Positions 14,836-26,244 of a DNA stretch of 56,171 bases are shown here, in pieces. The notes under the pieces are model-generated. The model was not told where the DNA came from. It did no database searches and saw nothing but the letters and a program-made list of their open reading frames with translations. The stretch lies in the IMG/VR virus record IMGVR_UViG_3300027782_000107, positions 1-56,171 of that record; one strand, written 5' to 3'. Position numbers and translations under genes: made by a program. The DNA is from a virus (Duplodnaviria > Caudoviricetes). The first letter of the stretch is position 1. Each line of letters starts with the position of its first letter.

Positions 14836-17736
14836 ATGACTACATCTGCGTTAATGAAATCCATTCTGCATAATTCTATTGCAGATGGATTATACAACGA
14901 GGTTGTTACTAGAAATAGTAGATATTATTACTATTTGGGGAAAACAGTAACTTGGACAGACGATCTAACACCACCATATCCAACAGATAGTCTTTCATAT
15001 GAATTTTCTTCACGTAATGATATAATTACAATGAAAGAAATTAAACCAACAGATATAGCGTATGTTATCCCACGCTATAACTGGACCAGTGGTACAATTT
15101 ATGATCAATACGATGATCAATATTCTACAGAAGTTCAGGGTGTTAATTTAACAGCTGGTGGTACTGGTTATGGTTCTGATCCATTCGTTTACATTGGATC
15201 TCAAGGTTCAGTTAATTGGGCTGCATCTACTTCTTATGTTTTAGGTAAGTTGATTAAATCAGGTAATAATTATTATATTGTAACCACCACTGGTGTTACT
15301 GGAACTACTGCTCCCACGCATACTTCTGGTACTGTCACTAACGGTACTGCTCCACTTCAGTGGGTCAGTGTTAGCAATGGTGGTGGCACTGGCGCAACTG
15401 CCACAGCAACACGAGTTGAAGGAAGTGTTGCTGGTATTACACTAACTGCTAGAGGTTCAGGATACACCAGCATTCCAACTTGTATTATTGCTGGTGGTGG
15501 CACTGGTGCAGCAGCAAGTGCAGTAGTTACTATTTCTCCAAATGGATTCCAAAAATTAGAAAATGCACTATTTTATGTAGTGACAGATGAATTCAACGTA
15601 TACAAATGTTTAGATAATAATCGTAATGGTGTATCTACTATTAAACCAACTTCAGCAACAGTGGATCCTATTGTTTTGTCTGATGGTTATATGTGGAAGT
15701 TTATGTATAATGTTCCTATTGCCTTGCGCAATAAATTTTTGACAGACGATTATATTCCTGTTGTAACTGCGTTACGTAATCAATTTTATTCAAGTGGACA
15801 ACTCCAAACTATTCGTGTAGACGCTGGCGGATCTGGATATACTTCTGGAGCAATTACCGTACAAGGTGATGGAAATATTGAAGCAGACCCAATCTACTTA
15901 ACTGGCATAACTCTTACCAGTGGAGGTAGTGCATATGTTAGCCCAACTGTTTCAATTGACCCACCATTTACTGGTGTTGCTGCTTGGCAAGCCAGCACTT
16001 TAGTTTTAACTGGACAAAAGTTATCTAATAATAATAACATTTATGAAGTAGCAGTTTCTGGAACTACTACCACCACTGGTCCAGTTCATCGTTTTGGTAT
16101 TATTGCCAATGGTTCTGCTGCTTTAAAATATGTTGGAACACAAGCAACTGCCACTGCAACAATTAATGGCTCTGGAACTATTACAGCATTAACATTATAT
16201 GGACTGTTAAGAACTATTCAAGTACTAACTGGAGGTAGTGGTTATACTTCTGCCCCAACTATTACTGTGGGAACTTTGTGGACTGCATCAACTGCATTAA
16301 CATTAAATTCCCAAGTTTATTATGCAAATAATTTGTATACTGTAACTACAGCTGGAACCACTCATGCTTCGACTCCACCGAGTCATACAACTGGTGCAGT
16401 TGCTAACGGTACTGCCACCTTAACATGGGTTGGATATCCAGCGACAGCAAAAGCCCTGTTATCAGTAACTTCTATCATTCGATTTGATGTCACAGATCCA
16501 GGACTTGGATACACTTCTGCTCCAACTATTAACATTGGAACACAGTGGACTGCATCGACTGCAGTAACTATTGGACAACAGATTTATCTTTCAAATAGAC
16601 TTTATACTGTAACTGCAGCTGGTACTACACATGCTTCTGTTGGTCCAACTCATCTTTCTGGAGCAGCAACTAATGGAACTGCCACCTTAACATATGTTGG
16701 TGTTCAAGCAACTGCTACTTCAACTATTAAATTTGGTGCAGGTTATTCCTCAAAACCAACTGTTACTGTGGCTGGATCTCCAGGTACAGGTGCAAATATT
16801 ACTTTTACATCAGAAGATTCTACTGCCAGACTAATTCCAATTTTTGATAATGGACAATTAGCCACAGTACAGATTGATGACGCAGGTGTTGGATATACTT
16901 TTGCAAACTTAAACGTGACTGGTAATGGTACTGGCGCATTAATTTCTGCTGATCTATCTCCAGGTGATGTTAATACACTTCAAGCGACTATTGAATTACT
17001 CACTGTTGATGGTCGTATTATGAATATTCCAATCATCTCAGGTGGATGGGGATACGGTGGTACACCAACTGTTACTATTACTGGTGATGGTACAGGTGCT
17101 GTGGCAACAGCAACTGTTGTTAATGGTGCAGTCACTAAACTTAACATGACATCTTATGGTTCAGGATATCGATATGCAAATGTTGTTATTTCTGGATCTG
17201 GTTATGGAGCAAAGGCAAGAGCAATTATTTCTCCTTACGGTGGTCATGCTAAAGAAGCACTAAATAACTTTTATGCAAGAACATTAATGTTCTACAGTAA
17301 CATCAGCCAAGATAAAAATCAAGGATTTGATGTTAACAACGATTATCGTCAACTGGGTATTATTAAGAATCCTAGACAATATGGAAGTACCAACAGTTTA
17401 ACTTCTATTTTGGCTTCTGCTTGCTGGGTGGTTGCAGCGACTGCAAATACTACACTATTCACAAAAGACTCTATTATAACAAAAACAAGTGGTTCTACTC
17501 GTTTTAGAATTGTTACAAATACAGGTACTGCTATGTTGTTACAATCATTAGATAATGCAAGTATTTCTATCGGTAATAACTTTACCAATGCTGCTGGCGA
17601 TGTTTTTACTGCCACTGCGGTCACTGCTCCAACAGCAGATAAATACTCTGGAGACTTAATGTTTATCGACAATAGAGCAGCATTTACTCCAACTGCCGAT
17701 CAGACAATTACATTAAGAACAGTTATTCGTTTTTAA
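14836..17736 (+). CDS. gp8: Baseplate wedge subunit gp8-like, enlarged by inserted accessory domains
   Basis: VIPRYNWTSGTIYDQY; FYVVTDEFNVYKCLDN; DGYMWKFMY; P.GGH; DYRQLGIIKNP; SGDLMFIDNR. Confidence 0.88.
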   Translation: MTTSALMKSILHNSIADGLYNEVVTRNSRYYYYLGKTVTWTDDLTPPYPTDSLSYEFSSRNDIITMKEIKPTDIAYVIPRYNWTSGTIYDQYDDQYSTEVQGVNLTAGGTGYGSDPFVYIGSQGSVNWAASTSYVLGKLIKSGNNYYIVTTTGVTGTTAPTHTSGTVTNGTAPLQWVSVSNGGGTGATATATRVEGSVAGITLTARGSGYTSIPTCIIAGGGTGAAASAVVTISPNGFQKLENALFYVVTDEFNVYKCLDNNRNGVSTIKPTSATVDPIVLSDGYMWKFMYNVPIALRNKFLTDDYIPVVTALRNQFYSSGQLQTIRVDAGGSGYTSGAITVQGDGNIEADPIYLTGITLTSGGSAYVSPTVSIDPPFTGVAAWQASTLVLTGQKLSNNNNIYEVAVSGTTTTTGPVHRFGIIANGSAALKYVGTQATATATINGSGTITALTLYGLLRTIQVLTGGSGYTSAPTITVGTLWTASTALTLNSQVYYANNLYTVTTAGTTHASTPPSHTTGAVANGTATLTWVGYPATAKALLSVTSIIRFDVTDPGLGYTSAPTINIGTQWTASTAVTIGQQIYLSNRLYTVTAAGTTHASVGPTHLSGAATNGTATLTYVGVQATATSTIKFGAGYSSKPTVTVAGSPGTGANITFTSEDSTARLIPIFDNGQLATVQIDDAGVGYTFANLNVTGNGTGALISADLSPGDVNTLQATIELLTVDGRIMNIPIISGGWGYGGTPTVTITGDGTGAVATATVVNGAVTKLNMTSYGSGYRYANVVISGSGYGAKARAIISPYGGHAKEALNNFYARTLMFYSNISQDKNQGFDVNNDYRQLGIIKNPRQYGSTNSLTSILASACWVVAATANTTLFTKDSIITKTSGSTRFRIVTNTGTAMLLQSLDNASISIGNNFTNAAGDVFTATAVTAPTADKYSGDLMFIDNRAAFTPTADQTITLRTVIRF

Positions 17737-17765
17737 TAAATTATTCAACAGGATAAGATTAAACA

Positions 17766-20700
17766 ATGTTAGACTTCAATACCGAACCGTATAATGACGA
17801 TTTTGATGAGAACAATAAGTTCTATCGAATTTTATTCCGTCCATCTTTTGCTGTCCAAGCCAGAGAATTAACTCAACTTCAGAGTATTCTGCAGCAGCAA
17901 ATTGCTCGCACAGGGGACCATCTTTTTAAACAAGGTGCAATGGTTGTCCCTGGACAAATATTTTGCGACACTAATTATAATTATGTTAAATTGCAAACTT
18001 TTTATAATTCAGATGTTATTGAAACATATATTCAAAATTTTGCCGACAGAGAAATCATAGGTTCTTCTGGTGTTAAAGCCACAGTCTTAAAAGTTGTTCG
18101 TGAAGAAGGTAATGATGAAACTACTCTGTATGTTCGTTATTCATCAAGTGGAACAGATACTACAACTAAAACATTCTCAAATAATGAAGTAATTACAACT
18201 ACTAGCGGAACAGGTACATATACAGTTCAAGCAATTGCCTCTAATGCAACTGGTGTTGGTTCTGCTGCTATTATTCAACGTGGTGTATACTATGTTAATG
18301 GGTATTTTGTTCTTTGCGATGCTCAAACTATTATCCTTGACAAGTATACTAATACACCAACATATCGTGTTGGTCTAACTATTAATGAAGTTAAAACAAC
18401 TCCAGAAGATGACGAAACTCTACTAGACAATGCTCAGACTTCATTTAACTATGCTGCTCCAGGCGCACATCGTTATTATATCGATTTAGTTCTAACAAAA
18501 ATACCATTATTAAATAGTGCTTATACATGGACAGCAAATACTCCAGTCTTTAAAGGTGACGTAATTAAATCTGGTAATCTTTATTACCAAATAACTATTG
18601 CAGGCACAACTGGTTCAACTGCACCATCATTTACTTCTGGTGCAACTGCTAACGGCACAGCAACTCTACAATATATTCAAACATATATTCCATCTTTAGA
18701 TGTTGATTCTGATTCTAATTTTATTGAATTATTATCAACAAATACTGGGACTGTTTTAACGCAAGTAACTGAAACTGCATATTCTCAAATTGAAAAAACC
18801 TTTGCTCGTCGCACATTTGACGAATCTGGTAACTATACAGTTAGACCATTTAAGATTGATGTTCGTGAACATAGAAATAATAATCGTGGCGCATGGGTTA
18901 CTGATCGTGCATATTTAATCGGTGATGTTGTAGTTCATAATGGTATCACTTATGTAGCAACAGACAATGGAACTTCTAAAACTGTTCCTCCAGTTCATAC
19001 TACTGGAATCGTATCTGACAGTTCTACCACTGGTGGTGTTCTTTGGGAATATAATCAAACACCATTCTATAATCGTGGTATCTATAGCCCAACAGATGCA
19101 GCAAATCCAGGTAGTGATACTAAACTTGCTATTGGTTTAGAACCTGGAAAGGCATATATTCAGGGATATGAGGTTCAAAAGACTTCCACTGAATATATCA
19201 CAATTGACAAAGCACGTGATTCAGTACAAGTTAACAATAGTTACTTAACATCACCTGTTGGAAATTTTGTTTACGTTAAAAACATAAACTCTTTACCACC
19301 ATTTGATTCAACATCAGGAATGCCTACTGTAACTCTTTATAATAGATTTACATATGCAGTCGGCACGTCACCACTTGGTTCTGTAGCTGCTACTGTTGCT
19401 ATTTCTGGATCGGCAGGACAGTTTACATGTGGTAATTCTAATTTAGAAGTTGGAGATTTAATTACTATTACTGGTACAAAGGGTGGAACTTCTACTTTTA
19501 CTGGCTACACAACTGGCACAACATATAAAGTTTCTGCTGTTACTGGTGCGTCACCAAGTGTAACTGGATTCACTTTAACTACTACTGCTGATTCTGCATT
19601 ATCAACTTCAGCTGGTACACTAACTGGATTAACTTACACTGTTACAAGTGTAAATGCAAAGGCGATTGGTACTGCACGTGTTCGTGGTATTGAGTGGGAC
19701 AATGGAACCATCGGTACACAAACCGCAGTGTATAAACTTTATCTGTTTGATGTAAATTTAACAACAGGATTTGATTTTGCCAGAGATGTAAAATCATTCT
19801 TCTATAGCCGTTCAGACACAAACTTAAACTTTACCGCAGACATCAATGAAATCACTACGAATTTAATTGGTTCTGGTACAACATACAGTTCTTATCCAGG
19901 AACTCGTGGAGCATCAACTACCATTTATGGTGTTGGCACTGCATTTTCTGGTGGAACAAATAGACCAGTCTTTAGTCCTGCGTTAAAAATTGGTGATTTT
20001 ATTTACGTTGGTTCTACAGCTAATCGTCGTAGAGTTGTTACTATTACAAACAACGAACAAATTACAGTTGATACTGCAGTTACTGTTGATGGTGGAATTA
20101 TTAGTCTCATCCAAAGTGGTGTGCAAGAACCACAGAACGATTCTTTAATCTATCCTTTACCAAACTATGCAATTAAATCAGTTCGTGCAGCTGATAACGT
20201 AACCAAGAATATTATTTACTACGGTATGCAATATTTGACTGGATCAACTGGTTCTGGATCTGGTGGATCTTGTACTCTGCCACTAACAGCTTCGTCAGGT
20301 GTATTCGCTGATCCAGCTGAGACTGACAATTATATCCTTGTATATAATGATTCCACTGCAGGTGGTGTAATAGTTAACCCAACAGGATATACTTCTGGTG
20401 GAAGTTCTTCTATTACATTTACGTTACCAGACACATATGCCAGCAAAGACTTTATTGTTATGGCAACTATTAAGAAAGTTGGTATTGGAGAAAAGAGTAA
20501 AACTCTATCTTCTGCAACAGTAACTTTAACGACACAGGTAACTGCAACTAAATCTGTTCTATCATTGGGTAAAGCAGATATTCTTCGTATCAAATCTGTC
20601 ATGATGGATACTGGTACATTTGCATCACCAACTGGTAATTATACTGTTGATATATCAGATCGTTACGATCTTGATAATGGTCAAAGAGATACACATTATG

Positions 20701-23700
20701 ATATTGGAAAATTGTTACTAAAACAATCTTATGCTCCACCATCTGCACCAATTGTAATAACTTTTAGTTGGTTTGAACATGGTACTGGAGATTACTTCAC
20801 TAAAAATTCATATCCGATTGATACCACTATTAAAGCTGTAGACGTGCCATCATATGATGGTAACAACTTACGTGATGTTCTAGATTTCCGACCAAGAATT
20901 GGTGATGCTGGCGCAGTATTTACTGGTGGAAATGCATCATTCTCAATGACTCCAAAACGTGGTCAAGATATCACATTGGATTATTCATATTATCTTGGTC
21001 GTCAAGAAAAAATCGCCATAGATTTTACTGGAAGATTCTTTAACATTAAAGGTGTATCTGCATTAGTTCCAGTAGAACCAAATGATCCAGTTATTGGTAT
21101 GGTTCTGTATAAACTTAATCTTGAGCCATTTACCTTTGGCACAGCAAACACTAATGTTATTGTTAATCAAGTTGACAATAAGCGTTACACAATGCGTGAC
21201 ATTGGTAAACTAGAAAAACGTATTGATAATCTAGAATACTATACTTCTTTATCTTTACTAGAACAAGAAACTAAATCTCTTTCTATTACCGACTCTCAAG
21301 GATTAGAGAGATTTAAAAATGGATTTATTGTAGACTCATTCACAGGACATAATGTTGGTGATGTGACATCTCCAGATTACCTATGCTCTGTTGATATGGA
21401 GAAGGGTGAACTGCGTCCATTCTATTCAATGAACAACATAAATCTTGTAGAAAATAAAACAAACGATGGAGATCGTACAACAGCTGGATATAAACTTTAC
21501 GGTGATGTTATCACATTACCAGTTAAAGAAGATATTCCACTTATCACTCAAGCATATGCTTCTCGTTTAGAGAATGTTAATCCATTCGCTGTGTTTAACT
21601 TCCTTGGTGATATTCGTCTAAACCCATCTTCAGATGATTGGTTTGAAACAGTGAGGGCACCAGATATTGTAAGAAACGTAGAAGGTAATTATAACACTAT
21701 CGCTAATCTTGCTGAAAAAGCAGGTATTCTTGGTACAGTTTGGAACGCATGGCAAACCAGCTGGGTTGGTGGTACATATGTTGCTGCTCAATGGGCTCAA
21801 CAGGATGGTGCTTTCCGTAATACATATCAAACTGTTGCGAATCAAGTTGGGCTATCACGTACTGGAATTAGATCAACAATTAATGTTCAGATGGACAGAC
21901 AAGTTGTAGATGATAGAATAATTTCTACTGCTGTTATCCCATACATCCGCCAACGAAATGTATTAGTACAAGTTAAGGCATTAAAACCAAATACTCGTTT
22001 CTACCCGTACTTTGATAATATTTCTGTTGCTGAATATTGTACTCCGTCTTCTTATCTAACATATACATTGGCAAGTTCAACTGCTCCAGACTTTGAAACA
22101 GCAAAAAATGCTGGTGTTGATGCCACAGATACTGCACGTATTATTGATAATATCCCAACTGTTACCAACGCAGATAGTTATGGTAATATGTGTTTAAATA
22201 TTGGTGATAGAATCCAAGGTGGTTCATCAAATGCAACCGCAGTAGTTGTCGGTAAAGACCGTAATTCTGATACTGGAGTGCGTCGTTTACATATTGTAAA
22301 CATCAAGGGTACATTTACTACTGGTGAAACTATAACTGCTTATGGTACTGGATCTGGTGCGACTGCTACTATTAGTGGAACTATGCCAACTAATAAATTA
22401 CAGGGTGATGCATTAACAACAAACTCTGTCGGTGAATTAAACTTTATTTTCTGGATTCCAAATTATGATTCCATTAAATTCCGTACTGGTGTTCGTGAGT
22501 TTAAATTACTAGACGTTAGCACTTCTGATGGTCAATCAACATCGTCTTCAAAAGTTCAATACGAAGCAACTGGAACTCTTCAAACTAGACAACAAACTAT
22601 CAACTCTGTTCGTAATGCAGTTATTGCTCAAGAAAGTCTTGAAGACAGCACTGTAATTGTTAATGCGTCAAACCGTATTATTGATTCCGTGCAGACTGTG
22701 TTTGCAGCACCCAGCGGTACTGACCCATTGGCACAAACATTCTTGGTTCAATCTCCAGGTGGAGCATTCTTAAGTAAGGTTGATATCTTCTTTGCCACTA
22801 GAGATGCTGGAGTTCCAGTTACACTAGAAATTCGTGAAGTTGTAAATGGATATCCAGGAAAACGAATTCTTCCATTCTCTAAAGTAACTTTAAAAACAGA
22901 ACAAGTTAATGCTCCAATTTTTGGTACAACAATTGATACAACCCTGTATAACACTGTTACTCTTGATGGTGCGACTGTTGCCAAGTATGATAAACCAACA
23001 TCTTTTGTGTTCCCATCTCCTGTTTATGTTCAAGACGGAGAAGAATATGCAATAATTCTTTCTACTGATTGTATTAATTACAAAGTTTGGATTGCTCAGA
23101 TGGGCGATATAATTCCAGACTCTAATAGAGCCATCTCTGAACAACCATATAATGGTGTTCTATTCAAATCTCAAAACTCTTCTACTTGGACTGCAAATCA
23201 AGACCAAGATTTGAAGTTTACAATTTATCGTTGTAAGTTTAATACTGATGTTACAGGTAGCGTAGAATTTGTTAATGATGTATTATCCAATAATCTAATA
23301 GAAGCAGATCCATTCCAGACTACAAGTGGAACAAACAAACTTCGTGTATGGCATGAAAATCATGGTATGTTTGTTGATTCAAAAGTGGTATTCGATAATG
23401 TTAACAAAACAGTTTATCAAGGTACTACAGCTACAGGTACATTTACTTGTGCTGATAATGATCCAACTATCACAGGAGTAGGAACATCGTTTAATTCAAT
23501 ACTAAATCCTGTGGGCACTGCATTTATTCGTGCGTCAGATAATAAGGTTATAGGTATTATTGCTTCAATAACTAGTAATACAAGTTTAGAATTATCTTCT
23601 AATGCTTCTGTAACTGTTGCTTCTGCTGTTGCATTTAAATTGGCTCCATCAATAAATGGTATCCCTGTCACTGAGATCTATACAAGCGCAGCTGCAAATG

Positions 23701-24995
23701 CTCAAATTCAACATACAATTAGTGATGTTGATTTAGATTCTTATTGTATTACTGCTAGCACTAATGCAACTACCACAGGTTACTCTGGTGGAAGCAGAGT
23801 TCGTGCCAGCAGCAACATAGTATATGACATGGCGATTCCATCAATACAATCGCAGAACTTCTCAGATACAAATATTGATTTTACCATGAAGACTACTTCT
23901 GGCAAATCAGTGGATGGCGCAGAGACTCCATATACGTATGGATCATACAAAGGTATTGTTACAAACAATAATAATATGTTCTTTGCTCCACAGGTAGTTG
24001 CTTCTACAGTAAATCAATCTTCAGGTAAAACTGTTACACTTCAGGCAACTATTAGTTCTGATAATGATGCATTATCACCTATTATTGATAGTCATAGAAC
24101 TTCTCTAATTACGGTTTCTAACAAAATTAATAAGCCATCAGAAACTAATGTAAACGTGTCTTTAATAGACAATAGAACAGTATTCACTGGTGCCACTGGA
24201 GCGTTTAGTTTTGTAAATTTAGGTACTGCTTGGGCAGCAACTACTTCTAAAGCAGTTGGTGATCAAGTTAACTATCTTGGTAATCTGTATACAGTCACCA
24301 TCGCAGGAACTACCAGTACAGCTGGTCCAACCCACACAGCTGGTTTATCTGTAAATGGCACAGCTACTTTACTATTTTCTGGTAAATGTACTACTATTAC
24401 GACTTCAGTCGCTGGTGTAGCTGCATTAGTTCTAACTATTCAAGTTGGTAAATACATTACGGTTTCTGGCTCTACTACTGGTGGCAATGATGGAACTTAT
24501 CTTGTGACCAGTGTTGCTGGAGACGGATCAACCACAGGAACAATTACTGTTTCTAGAACGACTAATTTTACCAGTGAATCTGCTATTAGTGGAACTACAG
24601 TTAAATTGAGAACTCTGTTCGTTGATGAAATTGCTCCAGTGGGCAGTTCTTCAGTGAATAAATATGTAACGAAAGCGATTACTCTTTCCAATCCATCTAA
24701 CTTCTTTAGAATTAGATACGCAGGTAACATTCCACAAGAAGCCGATGTATTGGTTTACTATAAGACTTCTCCTGTTGGATCTACATTGGACTTTAATAGA
24801 ATAAACTGGACTTTATCTGACCCAGATGCTGCAATCGTTAAGGTTCAGAATGGAGATGATACCTTTATTGATGTGGATTACTCCGAAGAGGGTCTATCCC
24901 AGTTTGACGTAATTGCAGTTAAGATCGTTATGCAGTCTACAAATAGTTCTGCAATACCGAGAATTAAAGATCTACGAATTATAGCGTGTGCCTAA
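17766..24995 (+). CDS. Large virion structural protein, VrlC/DUF4815-like
   Basis: PYNDDFD...FYRILFRP..AVQARELTQLQSILQ.Q; APGAHR; ARRTFDESG.Y; KRYTMRDIGKLEKRI.NLEYYTSLSLLE; DPLAQTF; C-terminal PRIKDLRIIA. Confidence 0.88.
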   Translation: MLDFNTEPYNDDFDENNKFYRILFRPSFAVQARELTQLQSILQQQIARTGDHLFKQGAMVVPGQIFCDTNYNYVKLQTFYNSDVIETYIQNFADREIIGSSGVKATVLKVVREEGNDETTLYVRYSSSGTDTTTKTFSNNEVITTTSGTGTYTVQAIASNATGVGSAAIIQRGVYYVNGYFVLCDAQTIILDKYTNTPTYRVGLTINEVKTTPEDDETLLDNAQTSFNYAAPGAHRYYIDLVLTKIPLLNSAYTWTANTPVFKGDVIKSGNLYYQITIAGTTGSTAPSFTSGATANGTATLQYIQTYIPSLDVDSDSNFIELLSTNTGTVLTQVTETAYSQIEKTFARRTFDESGNYTVRPFKIDVREHRNNNRGAWVTDRAYLIGDVVVHNGITYVATDNGTSKTVPPVHTTGIVSDSSTTGGVLWEYNQTPFYNRGIYSPTDAANPGSDTKLAIGLEPGKAYIQGYEVQKTSTEYITIDKARDSVQVNNSYLTSPVGNFVYVKNINSLPPFDSTSGMPTVTLYNRFTYAVGTSPLGSVAATVAISGSAGQFTCGNSNLEVGDLITITGTKGGTSTFTGYTTGTTYKVSAVTGASPSVTGFTLTTTADSALSTSAGTLTGLTYTVTSVNAKAIGTARVRGIEWDNGTIGTQTAVYKLYLFDVNLTTGFDFARDVKSFFYSRSDTNLNFTADINEITTNLIGSGTTYSSYPGTRGASTTIYGVGTAFSGGTNRPVFSPALKIGDFIYVGSTANRRRVVTITNNEQITVDTAVTVDGGIISLIQSGVQEPQNDSLIYPLPNYAIKSVRAADNVTKNIIYYGMQYLTGSTGSGSGGSCTLPLTASSGVFADPAETDNYILVYNDSTAGGVIVNPTGYTSGGSSSITFTLPDTYASKDFIVMATIKKVGIGEKSKTLSSATVTLTTQVTATKSVLSLGKADILRIKSVMMDTGTFASPTGNYTVDISDRYDLDNGQRDTHYDIGKLLLKQSYAPPSAPIVITFSWFEHGTGDYFTKNSYPIDTTIKAVDVPSYDGNNLRDVLDFRPRIGDAGAVFTGGNASFSMTPKRGQDITLDYSYYLGRQEKIAIDFTGRFFNIKGVSALVPVEPNDPVIGMVLYKLNLEPFTFGTANTNVIVNQVDNKRYTMRDIGKLEKRIDNLEYYTSLSLLEQETKSLSITDSQGLERFKNGFIVDSFTGHNVGDVTSPDYLCSVDMEKGELRPFYSMNNINLVENKTNDGDRTTAGYKLYGDVITLPVKEDIPLITQAYASRLENVNPFAVFNFLGDIRLNPSSDDWFETVRAPDIVRNVEGNYNTIANLAEKAGILGTVWNAWQTSWVGGTYVAAQWAQQDGAFRNTYQTVANQVGLSRTGIRSTINVQMDRQVVDDRIISTAVIPYIRQRNVLVQVKALKPNTRFYPYFDNISVAEYCTPSSYLTYTLASSTAPDFETAKNAGVDATDTARIIDNIPTVTNADSYGNMCLNIGDRIQGGSSNATAVVVGKDRNSDTGVRRLHIVNIKGTFTTGETITAYGTGSGATATISGTMPTNKLQGDALTTNSVGELNFIFWIPNYDSIKFRTGVREFKLLDVSTSDGQSTSSSKVQYEATGTLQTRQQTINSVRNAVIAQESLEDSTVIVNASNRIIDSVQTVFAAPSGTDPLAQTFLVQSPGGAFLSKVDIFFATRDAGVPVTLEIREVVNGYPGKRILPFSKVTLKTEQVNAPIFGTTIDTTLYNTVTLDGATVAKYDKPTSFVFPSPVYVQDGEEYAIILSTDCINYKVWIAQMGDIIPDSNRAISEQPYNGVLFKSQNSSTWTANQDQDLKFTIYRCKFNTDVTGSVEFVNDVLSNNLIEADPFQTTSGTNKLRVWHENHGMFVDSKVVFDNVNKTVYQGTTATGTFTCADNDPTITGVGTSFNSILNPVGTAFIRASDNKVIGIIASITSNTSLELSSNASVTVASAVAFKLAPSINGIPVTEIYTSAAANAQIQHTISDVDLDSYCITASTNATTTGYSGGSRVRASSNIVYDMAIPSIQSQNFSDTNIDFTMKTTSGKSVDGAETPYTYGSYKGIVTNNNNMFFAPQVVASTVNQSSGKTVTLQATISSDNDALSPIIDSHRTSLITVSNKINKPSETNVNVSLIDNRTVFTGATGAFSFVNLGTAWAATTSKAVGDQVNYLGNLYTVTIAGTTSTAGPTHTAGLSVNGTATLLFSGKCTTITTSVAGVAALVLTIQVGKYITVSGSTTGGNDGTYLVTSVAGDGSTTGTITVSRTTNFTSESAISGTTVKLRTLFVDEIAPVGSSSVNKYVTKAITLSNPSNFFRIRYAGNIPQEADVLVYYKTSPVGSTLDFNRINWTLSDPDAAIVKVQNGDDTFIDVDYSEEGLSQFDVIAVKIVMQSTNSSAIPRIKDLRIIACA

Positions 24996-25227
24996 TATGT
25001 TACTAAAGGTACAAGGAGATCCTAGTTTAGTCAGAGATGCCAACACTATGGCTATCCTAAATACTAGTGGAACAGATTATCAGAACTATATTCGTAGAAG
25101 AGAGTCTTTAATGTCTGATAAAGAGCAGCTGACAATTCAGGCAAATGAAATAAATAACTTAAAACAAGATTTGAGTGAAATCAAACAAATGCTATCAGCA
25201 TTACTGCACGATCGTATAAAAGGATAA
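24988..25227 (+). CDS. Small coiled-coil protein following the VrlC-like gene
   Basis: KVQGDPSLVRD...AILN...EINNLKQDLSEIKQML. Start is GTG 24988 or ATG 24997. Confidence 0.75.
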   Translation: MPNMLLKVQGDPSLVRDANTMAILNTSGTDYQNYIRRRESLMSDKEQLTIQANEINNLKQDLSEIKQMLSALLHDRIKG

Positions 25228-25230
25228 TAA

Positions 25231-26226
25231 ATGTCAACAATAGTCTTAAGAGCGACTAAAGGTTCGCCTCTTACCAATACTGAAGTCGATACAAACTTTA
25301 GTAACTTAAACACAGATAAACTAGAAGCCACCTACGCAGGTGCGATGAACAGTTTAACTGGCGGTACTTCTATCGTCACTCTGGGAACAGTTACTACTGG
25401 TACGTGGTCTGCCACTGCTATCGGTGCGACTAAAGGTGGTACTGGTCAAACAACTTATGCAGCTGGCGATTTGCTTTACGCAAGTGCCACAAATACTTTA
25501 AGTAAACTAACTAAACCATCTACTGCTAGTTACCTAAAAATGGCTTCTGATGGTACTCCTTCTTGGGATACTCTTGGCTTAGATGACATTACTGCCACTG
25601 GTACTGTTACCACTGGTACTTGGAATGCATCTGTTATCGGTGCTGCATATGGTGGTACTGGTATCGCAAATAATGCAGCAAATACTATTGCTTTCACTGG
25701 TAACTTTTCGCTTGGTTTAACTCTATCTGCAAACACATCGCTGACTTTACCGTCTTCTGGTACAGTGGCTACTATTGCAGGTTCTCAGGCATTTACAAAT
25801 AAAACATACAATGGCTTAACAGTAACATCAAGCACTGGTACTTTAACCATTACTAATGCTAAAGTTCTATCAGTAAGCAATACACTAACATTTACTGGTA
25901 CAGATTCGTCTTCAGTAGCGTTCGGAGCAGGTGGTACAGTTGCTTATACAGACGTGGGTACTTTATCCAGTCTAGTATCAGTTGGCACTATCACTACTGG
26001 TACTTGGTCAGCCACTGCCATTGCAGCTACTAAAGGTGGAACTGGTTTAACGAGTTATGCTACTGGTGATATAGTTTACGCTTCTGCGACAAATACCCTA
26101 AGTAAATTAACAGCAGGTACAGATGGAAATGTTCTAACACTTGCCAGTGGTGTCCCATCATGGGCAGCACCAACTGGTGCTTCAACAGGTAAGGCTATTG
26201 CAATGGCATTAGTTTTTGGCTCATAA
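25231..26226 (+). CDS. Fibre-like structural protein
   Basis: N-terminal LR..KGSPLT..EVD.NF..LN anchor; GTW.ATAI...GGTG repeats; C-terminal [13 protein letters not shown]. Confidence 0.75.
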   Translation: MSTIVLRATKGSPLTNTEVDTNFSNLNTDKLEATYAGAMNSLTGGTSIVTLGTVTTGTWSATAIGATKGGTGQTTYAAGDLLYASATNTLSKLTKPSTASYLKMASDGTPSWDTLGLDDITATGTVTTGTWNASVIGAAYGGTGIANNAANTIAFTGNFSLGLTLSANTSLTLPSSGTVATIAGSQAFTNKTYNGLTVTSSTGTLTITNAKVLSVSNTLTFTGTDSSSVAFGAGGTVAYTDVGTLSSLVSVGTITTGTWSATAIAATKGGTGLTSYATGDIVYASATNTLSKLTAGTDGNVLTLASGVPSWAAPTGASTGKAIAMALVFGS

Positions 26227-26244
26227 TTTTAAGAGGAAATAGAA

